A stretch of DNA of 64,000 bases, taken from Octopus vulgaris (taxonomy: Eukaryota). Made by a program: the position numbers and the translations under genes. Positions 1 through 12,142 of this stretch are shown here, in pieces (within the stretch, counting starts at the first letter, position 1; every line of letters begins with the position of its first letter). A model generated the notes under the pieces. The model worked only from the letters and a program-made list of their open reading frames with translations, ran no database searches and was not told the DNA's origin. The stretch covers positions 33,914,001 through 33,978,000 of the forward strand of contig OX597814.1 in the NCBI GenBank assembly GCA_951406725.2, given 5' to 3'.

Positions 1-153
1 CAAATTTTGCCGAGGTCAACTTTGCCTTTCATCCTTTCGGGGTTGATAAATCAAGTACCAGTTACGCACTGGGGTCAATGTAATCGACTTTATCCGTTTG
101 TCTGTCCTTGTTGTCCCCTCTATGTTTAGCCCCTTGTGGACAATAAAGAAATA
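1..153 (+). mobile_element. tRNA-derived SINE with Nin/Deu-type central domain (5' end outside window)
   Basis: Contains GTCAACTTTGCCTTTCATCCTTTCGGGGTTGATAAA..AAGTACCAG, resembling the Nin/Deu SINE domain; related copies at 32847, 54199 and 55237. Confidence 0.8.
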
Positions 154-558
154 AGAGAGTGAGAAAGGAGAAAGCAGAAATTTAAGTAAAGCCAAGGTAC
201 AAACAACGGATGGTGCTATAGATAGCAAATTGACAGTCATTAGAGCCTTGCAATATTTGATCCGGTTTTCAGATCTGTGTTAAAAACTGCTGAGGTCAAT
301 TTTGCTTTACGTCCTTTCCAGATTGGGAAAAATAAAGTAACTGATTGTGAATTGGTGGATTAGTGGAATTGTTAGAGTGCCGGATAAAATGTTTTGTGGT
401 ATTTGTTCTGGTGCTTTGCATTTTGATTTCTTGTATGGTAGTTTTATTTCATCACTTGTTGCTCAGTTTAACACTATCATTTGGTTTTTGGGGGACAGCT
501 TTTAGTAGGGGGTCATTCTATAGCAAACTGTTGAATGAAATCTCTGGATTGAGAATAA

Positions 559-622
559 TTTCCTTCCTTCCTTCCTTCATTCCATCCTTCCTTCCTTCCT
601 TCCTTCATTTCTTCTTTCCTTC
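559..622. repeat. (TTCC)n microsatellite
   Basis: Direct reading of tccttccttccttcc... Confidence 0.9.
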
Positions 623-814
623 TACCATTCATGGGGGCCTGAAGAAAACATGAAGTGGCATGAGCGCTATCTTTTCCTCCTTCATTAAGGTGTTTGGCAA
701 TACGAGTGCTCTTTCGAAATCCACTTGAAAGGTACAGGTGAGTTTGTAAGAAGCACTCGTATTCCCAAACCATATTCTAATACCAAATCCATGACCTTAT
801 AGCATGATCTAAAT

Positions 815-3384
815 CTGACTCCCAACATGGTCCCTGAGGCCCACCGGTGCTCCCCAGAGAATTCGTAAAAAAATTGAAGCTATTAAAGATCTACACAATA
901 TTGTTCGATAATAAAGACACTGTTAGTTAATAATAATTTATATGAAGACAGAATAATAATAAGAAAACAAAATTCAATAATTATTCCTTAAGAATCAATC
1001 ATATATAATCAATAATATATTACAATCAAGAATTTAAATTTTATAATTACAACAGTTTCATAATAAATTTGATATTTTTAATAGATCACTACACAATATC
1101 GTTTAATAATAAATTTAATAGATTTAATTTATCGAAATAAAGTATTTATTATTATTATTTTTTTAAAGATCATTTGTAACAATGTCTGAACCATCTGCTA
1201 AAAAGGCAAAAACTGTGGAACTACAAAGATTTTATCATATTTGGTTTTGTATCTGTAAACTCAAAACCTATGTGTCTTGAATGCAATGCCATCATGACTA
1301 ATCATTCCATGAAGAAAGTTAAGCTGGAACAGCACCAGAAATTAAGGCATCCATCATCTGTTGGTAAAGATAGGGAATATTTTGAGATTAAAAAGAAAAT
1401 ACAGCCAATCAAACTACCTGACTTTGTAAAGAAGATAAATACTGAAAAAACAAAGACACTCAAACCAAATTATTTGGTCTCTGAAATTATTGCCAAGGTT
1501 GCAGCACCTCAGATTTATGGTGAGAAACTTGTCAAGCCCGCCATGATAGCTTGTGCAATGAAGTTCTGAGAAAAGATGCTACATATACTCTGAGTACAAT
1601 TCCACTTTCAAATAACACAATTACAAGAAGAATGGATGAAATGTTTAATTTTGTTGAGGAGAAGATTGTGGAAATTCTCCAAAAGACAAATTTTTCTATC
1701 CAGATTGATGATAGCACAATTCATAACCAAGCTATCCTTCTGGTCTATGTCAGATTCATCCATGAAGATGATATAAGGGATGAGATGTTATTCATTAAAA
1801 GTTTGTCTGAAACTACTAATGGAGAAGATATAGTCAATGAAGTAATGCAGTATTTTAATGATAAAAGTACTCCATTGACTAATTTGATCAACATTGCATC
1901 AGATGGAGCTGCAGCCATGACTGGAAAAGTGAAAGACTTTGTTTCTAGAATGAAATTGGTTGCTCCTCACATTTTTTATATACATTGCATTATCTACAGA
2001 CAGCATTTGGTTGCTAAGAATATTGGAGGACACATTGAAGAAGCACGCAACACTGCCATACATGCAATTAACTTTGTCAAATCAAACTCAATGAATAATA
2101 GATTTTTTACGCAATTCTGTGGAGATGAAGATTTTAAAACCCTATTTCTTCACACAGAAGTAAGATGATTGTCAAAAGGCCTGAAGCATTGAAAGAATTT
2201 GTGGGAACCATTAATCAACTTTCTCATGTTCAAGAGTCAGATGACTCATTACAACTCCAAGAAGCAAGCTGATATAGCTAAGAAAATTTTGGAAAGACTT
2301 TCTGAGTTTAAATCAAAAATATTCTACTTGAGTGATATTTTTAAAACAGTGAATCTGCTTAACTTAGAGCTGCAAGGTAGAAAATCAGATTTGTTCACCT
2401 GTTCTCAGAAAATAAAAGGGTATATGGGGAAATTAAAATTTTGGAAAAAACAGTTCGAAAAAAAAAAATTGGCATCATTTCAAAATTTTAACACCACTGT
2501 TCCTACATTAGAATACATTGCTGCATGCATCGTTCATCTTGAAGGTCTTCATGTAGACTTTGAGAGAAGATACAATGATTTGTAGACCTAGAAAATTATG
2601 AGCCAGGAGATGAAAATTTTGAGTTGGCTGAAATGTTGTTGGATTTGAAAGAGTATATGAAACTGAGAAGAAGAGTGAAAAAGAAGGTGTCTTTGCCTAC
2701 ATATCGATAAAGGAATCACACCCAAATATTTTTCGACATGTAGAAGCAAACATCATGGATAGTGGAATCTACATTTTTAGCTGTTGGAGATATTTTAAGT
2801 AGAAAAAAAAAAATGAATTAGATATCAACAGCAGAGGAACTATCAGACTAAGACTAAATGAGTTCATTAAAATTGATCATGATATCTTGTGTCAGAAACA
2901 CAATTCATAACCAAGCTATTCTTCTGGTCTATGTCAGATTCATCCATGAAGATGATATAAGGGATGAGATGTTATTCATTAAAAGTTTGTCTGAAACTAC
3001 TAATAGAGAAGATATAGTCAATGAAGTAATGCAGTATTTTAATGATAAAAGTACTCCATTGACTAATTTGATCAACATTGCATCAGATGGAGCTGCAGCC
3101 ATGACTGGAAAAGTGAAAGGTTTTGTCACTAGCTGAATGGACTAAAAATGAATGACTTTATGAAAAATGATTTTGATACCTTGTGTTTATCTTTGTTTAC
3201 TAAAATAAATTAAAATTTTATCTTTTGTTTGCTAAAATAAATTTTAAATTGTTAATAGACTATTTTGTCTTTTCATTAAGTATTTTAGTGTGAAAACAGA
3301 ACAGCATAAAGTAAAAGAAGTGGTCCCCAGAAATTTTTTCAAGTAAAAAATGGTCCCTGGGCTGAAAAAGGTTGTGACCCACTA
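815..3384 (+). mobile_element. hAT (Buster/ZBED5-like) DNA transposon, defective
   Basis: 8-bp TSD ATCTAAAT at 807-814 and 3385-3392 (nnnTAnnn, the Buster pattern); degenerate TIRs CTGACTCCCAAC / GGTTGTGACCCACTA; transposase pieces in several frames. Confidence 0.9.
1182..2900 (+). pseudogene. Buster-type hAT transposase, frameshifted and stop-interrupted
   Basis: ORFs 1270-1569, 1551-2168 and 2199-2585 carry PLSNNTITRR, FSIQIDDST, ASDGAAAMTG, HCIIYRQHL, HTEVR*(W) and YLSDIF motifs. Confidence 0.9.
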
Positions 3385-3642
3385 ATCTAAATGACATGAT
3401 AACAAAAAGTGAGTCACCATGGAAAGCAATTTAGAGTTGGCATAGAAAAAAAAAAGGGCCTAAAATATGAAATGCTTTGGTAGACGAGCGAGGCACAAGG
3501 CAGACAGTGTGGAATGGTTTCAGTGAAGTCAGGCAATGTGAGTTTACAACTAGACTCATGATGTGCCATCTGATTAAAGCTGAATTTGGAGAAGGTATCA
3601 TAATTGACTGAGAACTACAGTAGAATTTTTTTAAAAAATCAT

Positions 3643-4027
3643 AGGTGCAGGAGTGGCTGTGTGGTAAGTAGCTTGTTTACCAACCACATGGTTCCGGGTT
3701 CAGTTCCACTGCATGGCACCTTGGGCAAATGTCTTCTACTATAGCCTCGGGCCGACCAAAGCCTTGTGAGTGGATTTGGTAGACGGAAACTGAAAGAAGC
3801 CCGTCGTATATATGTATATATATATGAGTGTGTGTGTGTCTGTGTTTGTCCCCCTAGCATTGCTTGACAACCGATGCTGGTGTGTTTATGTCCCCATTAC
3901 TTAGCGGTTCGGCAAAACAGACCGATAGAATAAGTACTGGGCTTACAGGGATTGAGTTGCTCGATTAAAGGCGGTGCTCCAGCATGGCCGCAGTCAAATG
4001 ACTGAAACAAGTAAAAGAGTAAAGAGT
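3643..4027 (+). mobile_element. tRNA-derived SINE family A (internal AT/GT microsatellite)
   Basis: A box TGGCTGTGTGG, B box GGTTCAGTTCC, body GGCACCTTGGGCAA, tail GAAACAAGTAAAAGAG; many copies in the window. Confidence 0.9.
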
Positions 4028-4596
4028 ATAGAAACAGCTCATATAATACTTGCTGATAGTGAGAAACCAATCAGTAAGCCCAGTGCTGACATCAGCTCAA
4101 TTTAGCTATTCTTTATGGAAAGATAAATTTAAACGGTTCATGCCTTTCCTTCAGTGGTCAACTGTTAGTTGTTCAGAAAGAACCCAAGAACGCCAACCGT
4201 ATGAACTGTATCTGCTGCAGAGAACTTATGAAAGTCATGGATACAACCTTTTCTTTTATACTGAACCATTAAAAAAAAAAACGACTTAAACAAATATAAA
4301 AGCATATAACATGGTTTAACGCCTATGTACAATAGGATATTTGGTTTAGAAATAATTAAAAATTCCTAGTTAGAAACATGGGTGTCTTCAAACACGTACG
4401 ATGCAAACATGTAAGACACATGAGATTTAAATGTAATGTGGTCTTTAGAGGGTATTCTAAAAATACCTTCTAAATATGTGATCGATATTACGTAAATTAT
4501 AAACTTAATAATAACATATATTTGGCATTTACTCTTATCTTTAAGATACATACACTCGCATACACATATTCACCTCTCTCACTGTCTCTTACTCTT

Positions 4597-4747
4597 AGGA
4601 GTGGCTGTGTGGTAAGTAGCCTGCTTACAAACCACATGGTTCCAGATTCAGTCCCACTGCATGGCACCTTGGGCAAGTGTCACCTACTATAGCCTCAGGC
4701 TATAGACTTGTGAGTGGATTTGGTAGACCTGAACAAGGCCCGTTGTA

Positions 4748-4788
<41 letters not shown>

Positions 4789-4994
4789 ATATATATATGT
4801 GTGTGTGTTTGTCACCTCAACATCGCTTGACAACCGATGCTGGTATGTTTATGTCCCCGCAACTTAGCGGTTCGGCAAAAGAACCGATAGAGTAAGTACT
4901 AGGCTTACAAAGAATAAGTCCTGGGGTCGATTTGCTCGACTAAAGGCGGTGCTCCAGCATGGCCACAGTCAAATGACTGAAACAAGTAAAAGAG
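4597..4994 (+). mobile_element. SINE family A copy
   Basis: Colinear with 3643-4027. Confidence 0.9.
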
Positions 4995-5914
4995 AAAAAA
5001 TATCCTTGAATGAAACTGTAGATTAGGTATATATGAGGCATAGAAATGTAATGTGTTTCGTGTATACCAGAAACAATGGTTTTCTAGTGGTGCAGAGCAT
5101 GAGGATATCTGGATGTGTCGCAAGGAATATGTAGTTGTATGGCAAAAGTATCAAGCTGCACCGTAGAAAATATCTGGTTGCCCCCACGGATTTTTAAAAG
5201 TACAAATCAAGGCTTCAGAAAATCCATATTGATACTTGATACTTAAAAAACAATATTAAAAATGCTGGTTATGGTTGATTAAACAAAATAAGCAACGTAT
5301 TTTGTTCTATTTTTTTTTTACATTTTTAGCTTTAACACAAACGCGCGCGCACACACACACAGTATTCCAAATGAAGCACACAGCAATTTTTTTTTAAAAT
5401 CCAATACATCCGAAGTTACAACATTGAGTTACATCGGTGTAGAACAGTATTAAATTAAATTAAATCAAATTAAATTACATTGTTCTTTGAACATGGAACT
5501 GATGTTTTTCTAAACTAAGTTCTTGATGGAGTTACACAGTTGACCAGCAATCAGACGAGAGCAACCTGTGAGTAGAACTTAAATAAAGTTGACACTGCAG
5601 TGTTTTTTGTGCTTCAGCAGAACCCCAAATATTCTTCTGATAGTTGCACTCAAATTTAATAATTCTGAGTTGAACAACATTCCATTGCTGTAAGACTTGT
5701 TTACAAATTATGATAATCAACTTATTTTCTCCAATTTTTAATTATGATAGTCATATCTGCGAACAAACAGAAGAAGAAATTAGACAACATTAAACATTCA
5801 TCTGCTAAAATAACAGTATTTTTAAAAAAAAGTCACTAAATTACTGACCACCAGTAGATCATATCTTAATATAGTTAATGTATATTTAAGATTTAAGTTT
5901 GCAAATGAGAGACT

Positions 5915-6910
5915 AACAGAAAGTATGGGAAGCTAGCAATGCCAAAACCACAAATGTGGAAAGCTAGCAATGCCAAAATCACAAAGTATGGAAAGCTAGC
6001 AGTGACAAAATCACAAAGTATGGAAAGCTAGCAGTGCCAAAATCACAAAGAATGGAAAGCTAGCAAAGCCAAAATCACAAAGTATGGAAAGCTAACAATG
6101 ACAAAATCACAAAGTATGGAAAGCTAGCAGTGCCAAATTCACAAAGTATGGAAAGCTAGAAATGCCAAAATCACAAGGTATGGAAAGCTTGCGATGCCAA
6201 AATCACAAAGTATGGAAAGCTAGCAGTGCCAAAATCACAAAGTATGGAAAGCTAGCAATGCCAAAATCACAAAGTATGGAAAGCTAGAAATGCCAAAATC
6301 ACAAGGTATGGAAAGCTCGCGATGCCAAAATCACAAAGTATGGAAAGCTAGCAGTGCCAAAATCACAAAGTATGGAAAGCTAGCAATGCCAAAATCACAA
6401 AGTATGGAAAGCTAGCAGTGCCAAAATCACAAAGTATGGAGAGCTAGCAGTGCCAAAATCACAAAGTATGGAGGGCTAGCAGTGCCAAAATCACAAAGTA
6501 TGGAAAGCTAGCAATGCCAAAATCACAGAGCCATGGAAAGCTAGCAATGCCAAAATCACAAAGTATGGAAGTTAGCAATGCCAAAATCACAAAGTATGGA
6601 AAACTAGCAATGCCAAAATCACAGAAAGTATGGAAACCTAGCAGTGCCAAAATCACAAAGTATAGAAAGCTAGCAGTGCCAAAATTCACAAAGTATGGAA
6701 AGCTAGCAATGCCAAAATCACAAAGTATGGCAGGCCAGCGGTGCCAAAATCACAAATTTCGGAAAATCCAGCGGTGCCAAAACCACAAAGTATGGAAAGC
6801 TAGCATTGCCAAAATCACAAATTATGGAAAGCTAGCAGTGCCAAAATCACAAAGTATGGAAAGCCAGCGGTGCCAAAATCACAAAGTATGGAAGGCTAGC
6901 GGTGCCAAAA
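5915..6910 (+). repeat. Tandem array of a 32-bp unit AGTATGGAAAGCTAGCA(G/A)TGCCAAAATCACAA, about 30 copies
   Basis: Period of 32 read directly (AGTATGG at 6241 and 6273); head-to-tail with no spacers. Confidence 0.95.
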
Positions 6911-9900
6911 TTGGAAAATTTAGGGGAAATTTTCGCGAAAAGTTTTCGAAAAATTTTGAAAAATTTTTGGGGAAAATTTTCGGTGAAAATTTTCGACAAA
7001 TATTTAGACAAAATTTTCGGTGAAAATTCATGAAAAATTTTTGGACAAAATTTTTAGTGAAAATTTTCGTTAAATTCTTGGGTTAAATTATCTGCGAAAG
7101 TTTTTTTAAATTTTTGGGTAAATTTTTGGTGTAAATTTTGGAAAGATTTTTGTTGAAAATTTTCGAAAAATTTCTTGGGAAAATTTTCGAAAAATTTTTG
7201 GGTGAAATTTTCGGTGAAAATTTTCGAAAAACTTTTGGGGAAAGTTTTCGAAATATTTACGTTGAAGATTTTCGAAAAAGTTTTGTGAAAATTTTCGAAA
7301 AATTTTTTGGTAAAATTTTCGGTGAAAATTTTCGAAAAACTTTTGGGGAAATTTTCGAAAAATATTTGGGTAAAATTTGTGGTGAAAATTTTCGAAAATT
7401 TTTGGTGATTTTGGCACCGTACTTTTGGCCTTCCGTACTTTGTGATTTTGGCACCGCTGGCTTTCCATACTTTGTGATTTTGGCACCGCTGGCTTTCCAT
7501 ACTTTGGGGAAAATTTTCGCAAAATTTTCGTGGAAAATTTGGGGAAAATTTAGTGGATAATTTGGGGAAAAATTTCGTCAAAAGTTTTCGAAAAATTTTG
7601 GTGAAAATTTTTGAAAAACTTTTGGGGAAAATTTTCGGTGAAAATTTTCGAAAAATTTTTATATAAAATTTTCGGTGAAAATTCTCCAAAAATTTTTTGG
7701 TTAAATTTTCAGTGAAAATTTTAGAAACATTTTTGGGGAAAATTTTCGGTGAAAATTTTCGACAAATATTTGGACAAAATTTTCGGTGAAAATTCTCGAA
7801 AAATTTTTATATAAAACTTTCGGTGAAAATTCTCCAAAAATTTTTTGGTTAAATTTTCAGTGAAAAGTTTAGAAAAATTTTTGGTGAAAATTTTCGACAA
7901 ATATTTGGACAAAATTTTCGGTGAAAATTCTCGAAAAATTTTTAGACAAAATCTTTAGTGAAAATTTTCGTAAAATTTTTGGGTTAAATTTTCTGTGAAA
8001 ATTTTCGAAAAATTTTTGGGAAACTTTTCGGTGATTATGGCACCATTGGCCTTCCATACTTTGTGATTTTGGCACCGCTGGCTTTCCATACTTTGTGATT
8101 TTGGCACCGCTTGCTTTCCATACTTTGTGATTTTGGCACCGCTGGCTTTCCATACTTTAGCGAAAATTTTCGAAAAATTTTCGTGGAAAATTTGCGGAAA
8201 ATTTTAGTGGAAAATTTATTGGAAAATTTGGGGAAAATTTTGGCGAAAAGTTTTCGAAAAATTTTGAAAAATTTTTGGGGAAAATTTTCGGTGAAAATCC
8301 TCGAAAAATTTTAGGACAAAATTTTTAGTGAAAATTTTCGTAAAATTCTTGGGTTAAATTTTCTGGGAAAAGTTTTGAAAAATTTATAGGTAAAATTTTT
8401 GGTGTAAATTTTGGAAAGACTTTTGTTGAAAATTTTCGAAAAATTTCTTGGGAAAATTTTCGAAAAATTTTTGGGTGAAATTTTCGGTGAAAATTTTCGA
8501 AAAACTTTTGGGGGAAGTTTTCGAAATATTTACGGGTAAAATTTTCGATGATTTTGGCACCATTGGCCTTCCATACTTTATGATTTTTGCATCTCTGGCC
8601 TTGCATACTTTATGATTTCGGCACCGCAAGGTATCCATAATTTGTGATGTTGGCACCACTGATTTTCCATACTTTGGAAAAATCACAATATATTTTTTTG
8701 AAAAAAATTTTTCAGGAAAATTTTTGTGGAAAATTTTCGGGGAAAATTTTGGGGGAAAGTTATCGGTGAAAATTTTCGAAAAAACTTTTTGGAGAGAATT
8801 TTCGGTGAAAATTTTCGAAAAATTTTTGGATAAAATTTTTCAAATATTTTGGAGAAAATTTTCGATGAAAATTTTGGAAACATTTTTTTGGTAAAATTTT
8901 CAATCAAAATTTCCGGTGCATATTTTCGAAAAATTTTTGGGTAAAATTTTCGAAAAATTTTTGGGAAAAATTTCGAAAAATTTTTAGGGAAAATTTTCGG
9001 TGAAAATTTTGAAAAATTTTTGGGTAAAATTTTCGGGGAAAATTTTGGAAAAATTTTTGAGGAAAATTTTCGAAAAACTTTTGGGTGAAATTTTCTGTGA
9101 AAATTTTGAAAAATTATTGGGTAAAATTTTCGGTGAAAATTTTGGAAAAATTTTTTAGGAAAATTTTAGAAAAATATTTTAGGAAAATTTTAGAAAAATT
9201 TTTGGGTAAAATTTTCGGTGAAAATTTTAGAAAAAGTATGGAAGGCCAGCGGTGCCAAAATCACAAAGTATGGAAGGCCAGCGGTGCCAAAATCACAAAG
9301 TATAGAAGGCCAGCAGTGCCAAAATCACAAACTATGGAAAGCCAGCGGTGCCAAAATCACAAAGTATGTCAAAATTTTTCGAAAAGTCGCAATATATTTT
9401 TTGGAAAAAACTTTTGAGGAAAATTTTTGTGGAAAATTTTCGGGGAAAATTTTTGGGGAAAGTTATCGGTGAAAATTTTCGAAAAATTTTTGGATAAAAT
9501 TTTTCAAATATTTTGGAGAAAATTTTCGGTGAAAATTTTGGAAACATTTTTTGGTAAAATTTTCAGTCAAAATTTCCGGTGCATATTTTCGAAAAGTTTT
9601 TGGGTAAAAAATTTTCGAAAAGTATGGAAGGCCAGCGGTTCCCAAGTCACAAAGTATGGCAAAATTCTTCGAAAAATCACAATGTATATTTCGGGAAAAT
9701 TTTTCGAGAAAATTTTCGGTGAAAATTTTCCAAAATTTTTGGGTCAAAGTTTCGGTATAAATTTCCGAAAAATTTTTGGGTAAAATTTTTGGAGAAAATT
9801 TTCGGTGAAAATTTTGGAATAAGTATGGAAGGCCAGCGGTGTCAAAATCACAAAGTATGGAAGGCCAGCGGTGCCAAAATCACAAAGTATGGAAAGCCAG

Positions 9901-12142
9901 CGGTGCCAAAATCACAATGTATTTTTTGGGAAAATATTTTGGGGAAAATTTTTGGGGAAAGTTTTCGGTGAAAATTTTCGAAAAAGTTTTGGAGAAAATT
10001 TTCGGTTAAAATTTTCGAAAACATTTTGGAGAAAATTTTAGGTGAAAATTTTGGAAAAATCTTTTGGTAAAATTTTCAGTGAAAATTTTCGAAACATTTT
10101 TGGGTAAAATTTTCTGTGGATATTTTCGAAAAATTTTTGGGTAAAATCTTCGGTGAAAATTTTCGAAAACTTTTTGGGGAAAATTTCTAAAACTTTTTGG
10201 AGAAAATTTTAGGTGAAAATTTTGGAAAAATCTTTTGGTAAAATTTTCAGTGAAAATTTTCGAAAAATTTTTGGGTAAAATTTTCTGTGGATATCATTGA
10301 AAAATTTTTGGGTAAAATCTTCGGTGAAAATTTTCGAAAACTTTTTGGGGAAAATTTTCGAAAAATTTTTGAGTAAAATTTTCGGTGAAAATTTTGGAAA
10401 AAGCGTGGAAGGCCAGTGGTGCCAAAATCACAAAGTATGGAAGGCCAGCCGTGCCAAAATCACAAAGTATGGAAAGCCAGCGGTGCCAAAATCACAAAGT
10501 ATTGCAAAATGTTTCGAAAAATCACAATGTATTTTTTGGGGAAAATTTTTGTGGAAAATTTCCGGGGAAAATTTTCGAAATATCTTTGGGGAAAGTTTTC
10601 GGTGAAAGTTTTCGAAAAATTTTTGGGTAAAAATTTCGGTGAAAATTTTCGAAAAATTTTTTTGGGAAAATTTTCGGTGAAAATTTAGGAAAAAGTATGG
10701 AAGGCCAGCGGTGCCAAATTCACAAAGTATGGAAGACCAGCGGTGCCAAAATCACAAAGTATGGAAAGCCAGCGGTGCCAAAATCACAAAGTATGGCAAA
10801 ATTTTTCGAAAAAATCACAATGTATTTTTTGGGAAAATTTTTGGAGAAAATTTTCGGTGAAAATTTTCCCAAAATTTTTGGGTCAAATATTCCGTAAAAA
10901 TTTTGGAAAAATTTTCGAAAAATTTTTGGGGAAAATTTTCGAAAAATTTTTGGGAAATCTTTCGAAAAATTTTTGGGTAAAATTTTCGGTGAAAACTTTG
11001 GAAAAATTTTTGTGGAAATTTTCGAAAAATTTTTGGGCAAAATTTTCGGTCAAAATTTTGAAAAATTTTTGGGTAATATTTTCGTGGAAAATTTTCGTTG
11101 AAAACTTTGGAAAAATTTTTGGGTAAAATTTCCGGTGAAAATTTTGGAAAAAGTATGGAAGACCGGCGGTGCCAAAATCACAAAGTATGGAAGGCCAGCG
11201 GTGCCAAAATCACAAAGTATGGAAAGCCAGCGGTGCCAAAATCACAAAGTATGGCAAAATTTTTCGAAAAATCACAATGTATTTCTTGTGAAAAATTTTG
11301 GGAAAATTTTCCAAAAAGTTTTGTGTAAAATTTTTGGGTAAAATTTTCGGTGAAAATTTTGTAAAAATTATGGAAGGCCAGCGGTGCCAAAATCACAAAA
11401 TATGGAAGGCCAGCGGTGCCAAAATCACAAAGTATAGAAAGCCAGTGGTGCCAAAATCACCGAAAATTTTTCCAAAAATTTTTCGAAAATTTTCACAGAA
11501 AATTTAACCCAAAAATTTTAGAAAAATTTTCACTAAAAATTTTTCGAGAATTTTCACCGAAAATTTTGTCCAAATATTTGTCGAAAATTTTCACCGAAGT
11601 ATGTATAGCCAGCGGTGCCAAAATCACAATGTATTTTTTGAGAAAATTTTTTGGGGAAAGTTTTCGGTGAAAATTTTTGAAAAATTTTTGGAGAAAATTT
11701 TCGGTGAAAATTTTCGAATAATTTTTGGAGAAAAATTTAGGTGAAAATTTTGGCAAAATCTTTTGGTAAAATTTTCAGTGACAATTTTCGAAAATTTTTT
11801 GGGTAATATTTTCGGTGGATATTTTCGAAAAATTATTGGGTAAAATTTTCAGTGAAAATTTTCGAAAAATTTTTGGGAAAACTTTTGAAAAAGTTTTGGG
11901 TAAAATTTCCGGTGAAAATTTTGGAAAAAGTATGGAAGGCCAGCGGTGCCAAAATCACAAAGTATGGAAAGCCGGCGGTGCCAAAATCACAAAGTATGGC
12001 AAAATTTTTCGAAAAATAACAATGTATTTTTTGGGAAAAATTTTTGGGGAAAGTTTTCGATGAAACGTTTCGAAAAAGTATGGAAGGCCAGCGGTGCCAA
12101 AATCACAAAGTATGGAAAGCCAGCGGTGCCAAAATCACAAAG
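6911..12142. repeat. Complex satellite: GAAAATTTTC-type matrix with interspersed blocks of 1-4 32-bp units in both orientations
   Basis: Reverse blocks at about 7405-7505, 8030-8158 and 8550-8675; forward blocks at about 9235, 9620, 9821, 10403, 10695, 11151, 11370, 11930 and 12077. Confidence 0.9.

Noticed and set aside
363-773. Hydrophobic 96-aa ORF and antisense ORF
   Set aside because: Built from a decayed SINE head and a (TTCC)n tract.
5530-5790. Possible minus-strand exon after a polypyrimidine-CAG acceptor
   Set aside because: All three frames stop shortly after the acceptor and no homology is recognisable.
6459-12063. Many KIF/ENF-rich ORFs
   Set aside because: Translations of the satellite, open in several frames on both strands.
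5915-12142. CRISPR-like appearance (32-bp repeats separated by other sequence)
   Set aside because: Units are head-to-tail, the intervening DNA is low-complexity and repetitive rather than unique spacers, there are no cas genes, and the context is eukaryotic.
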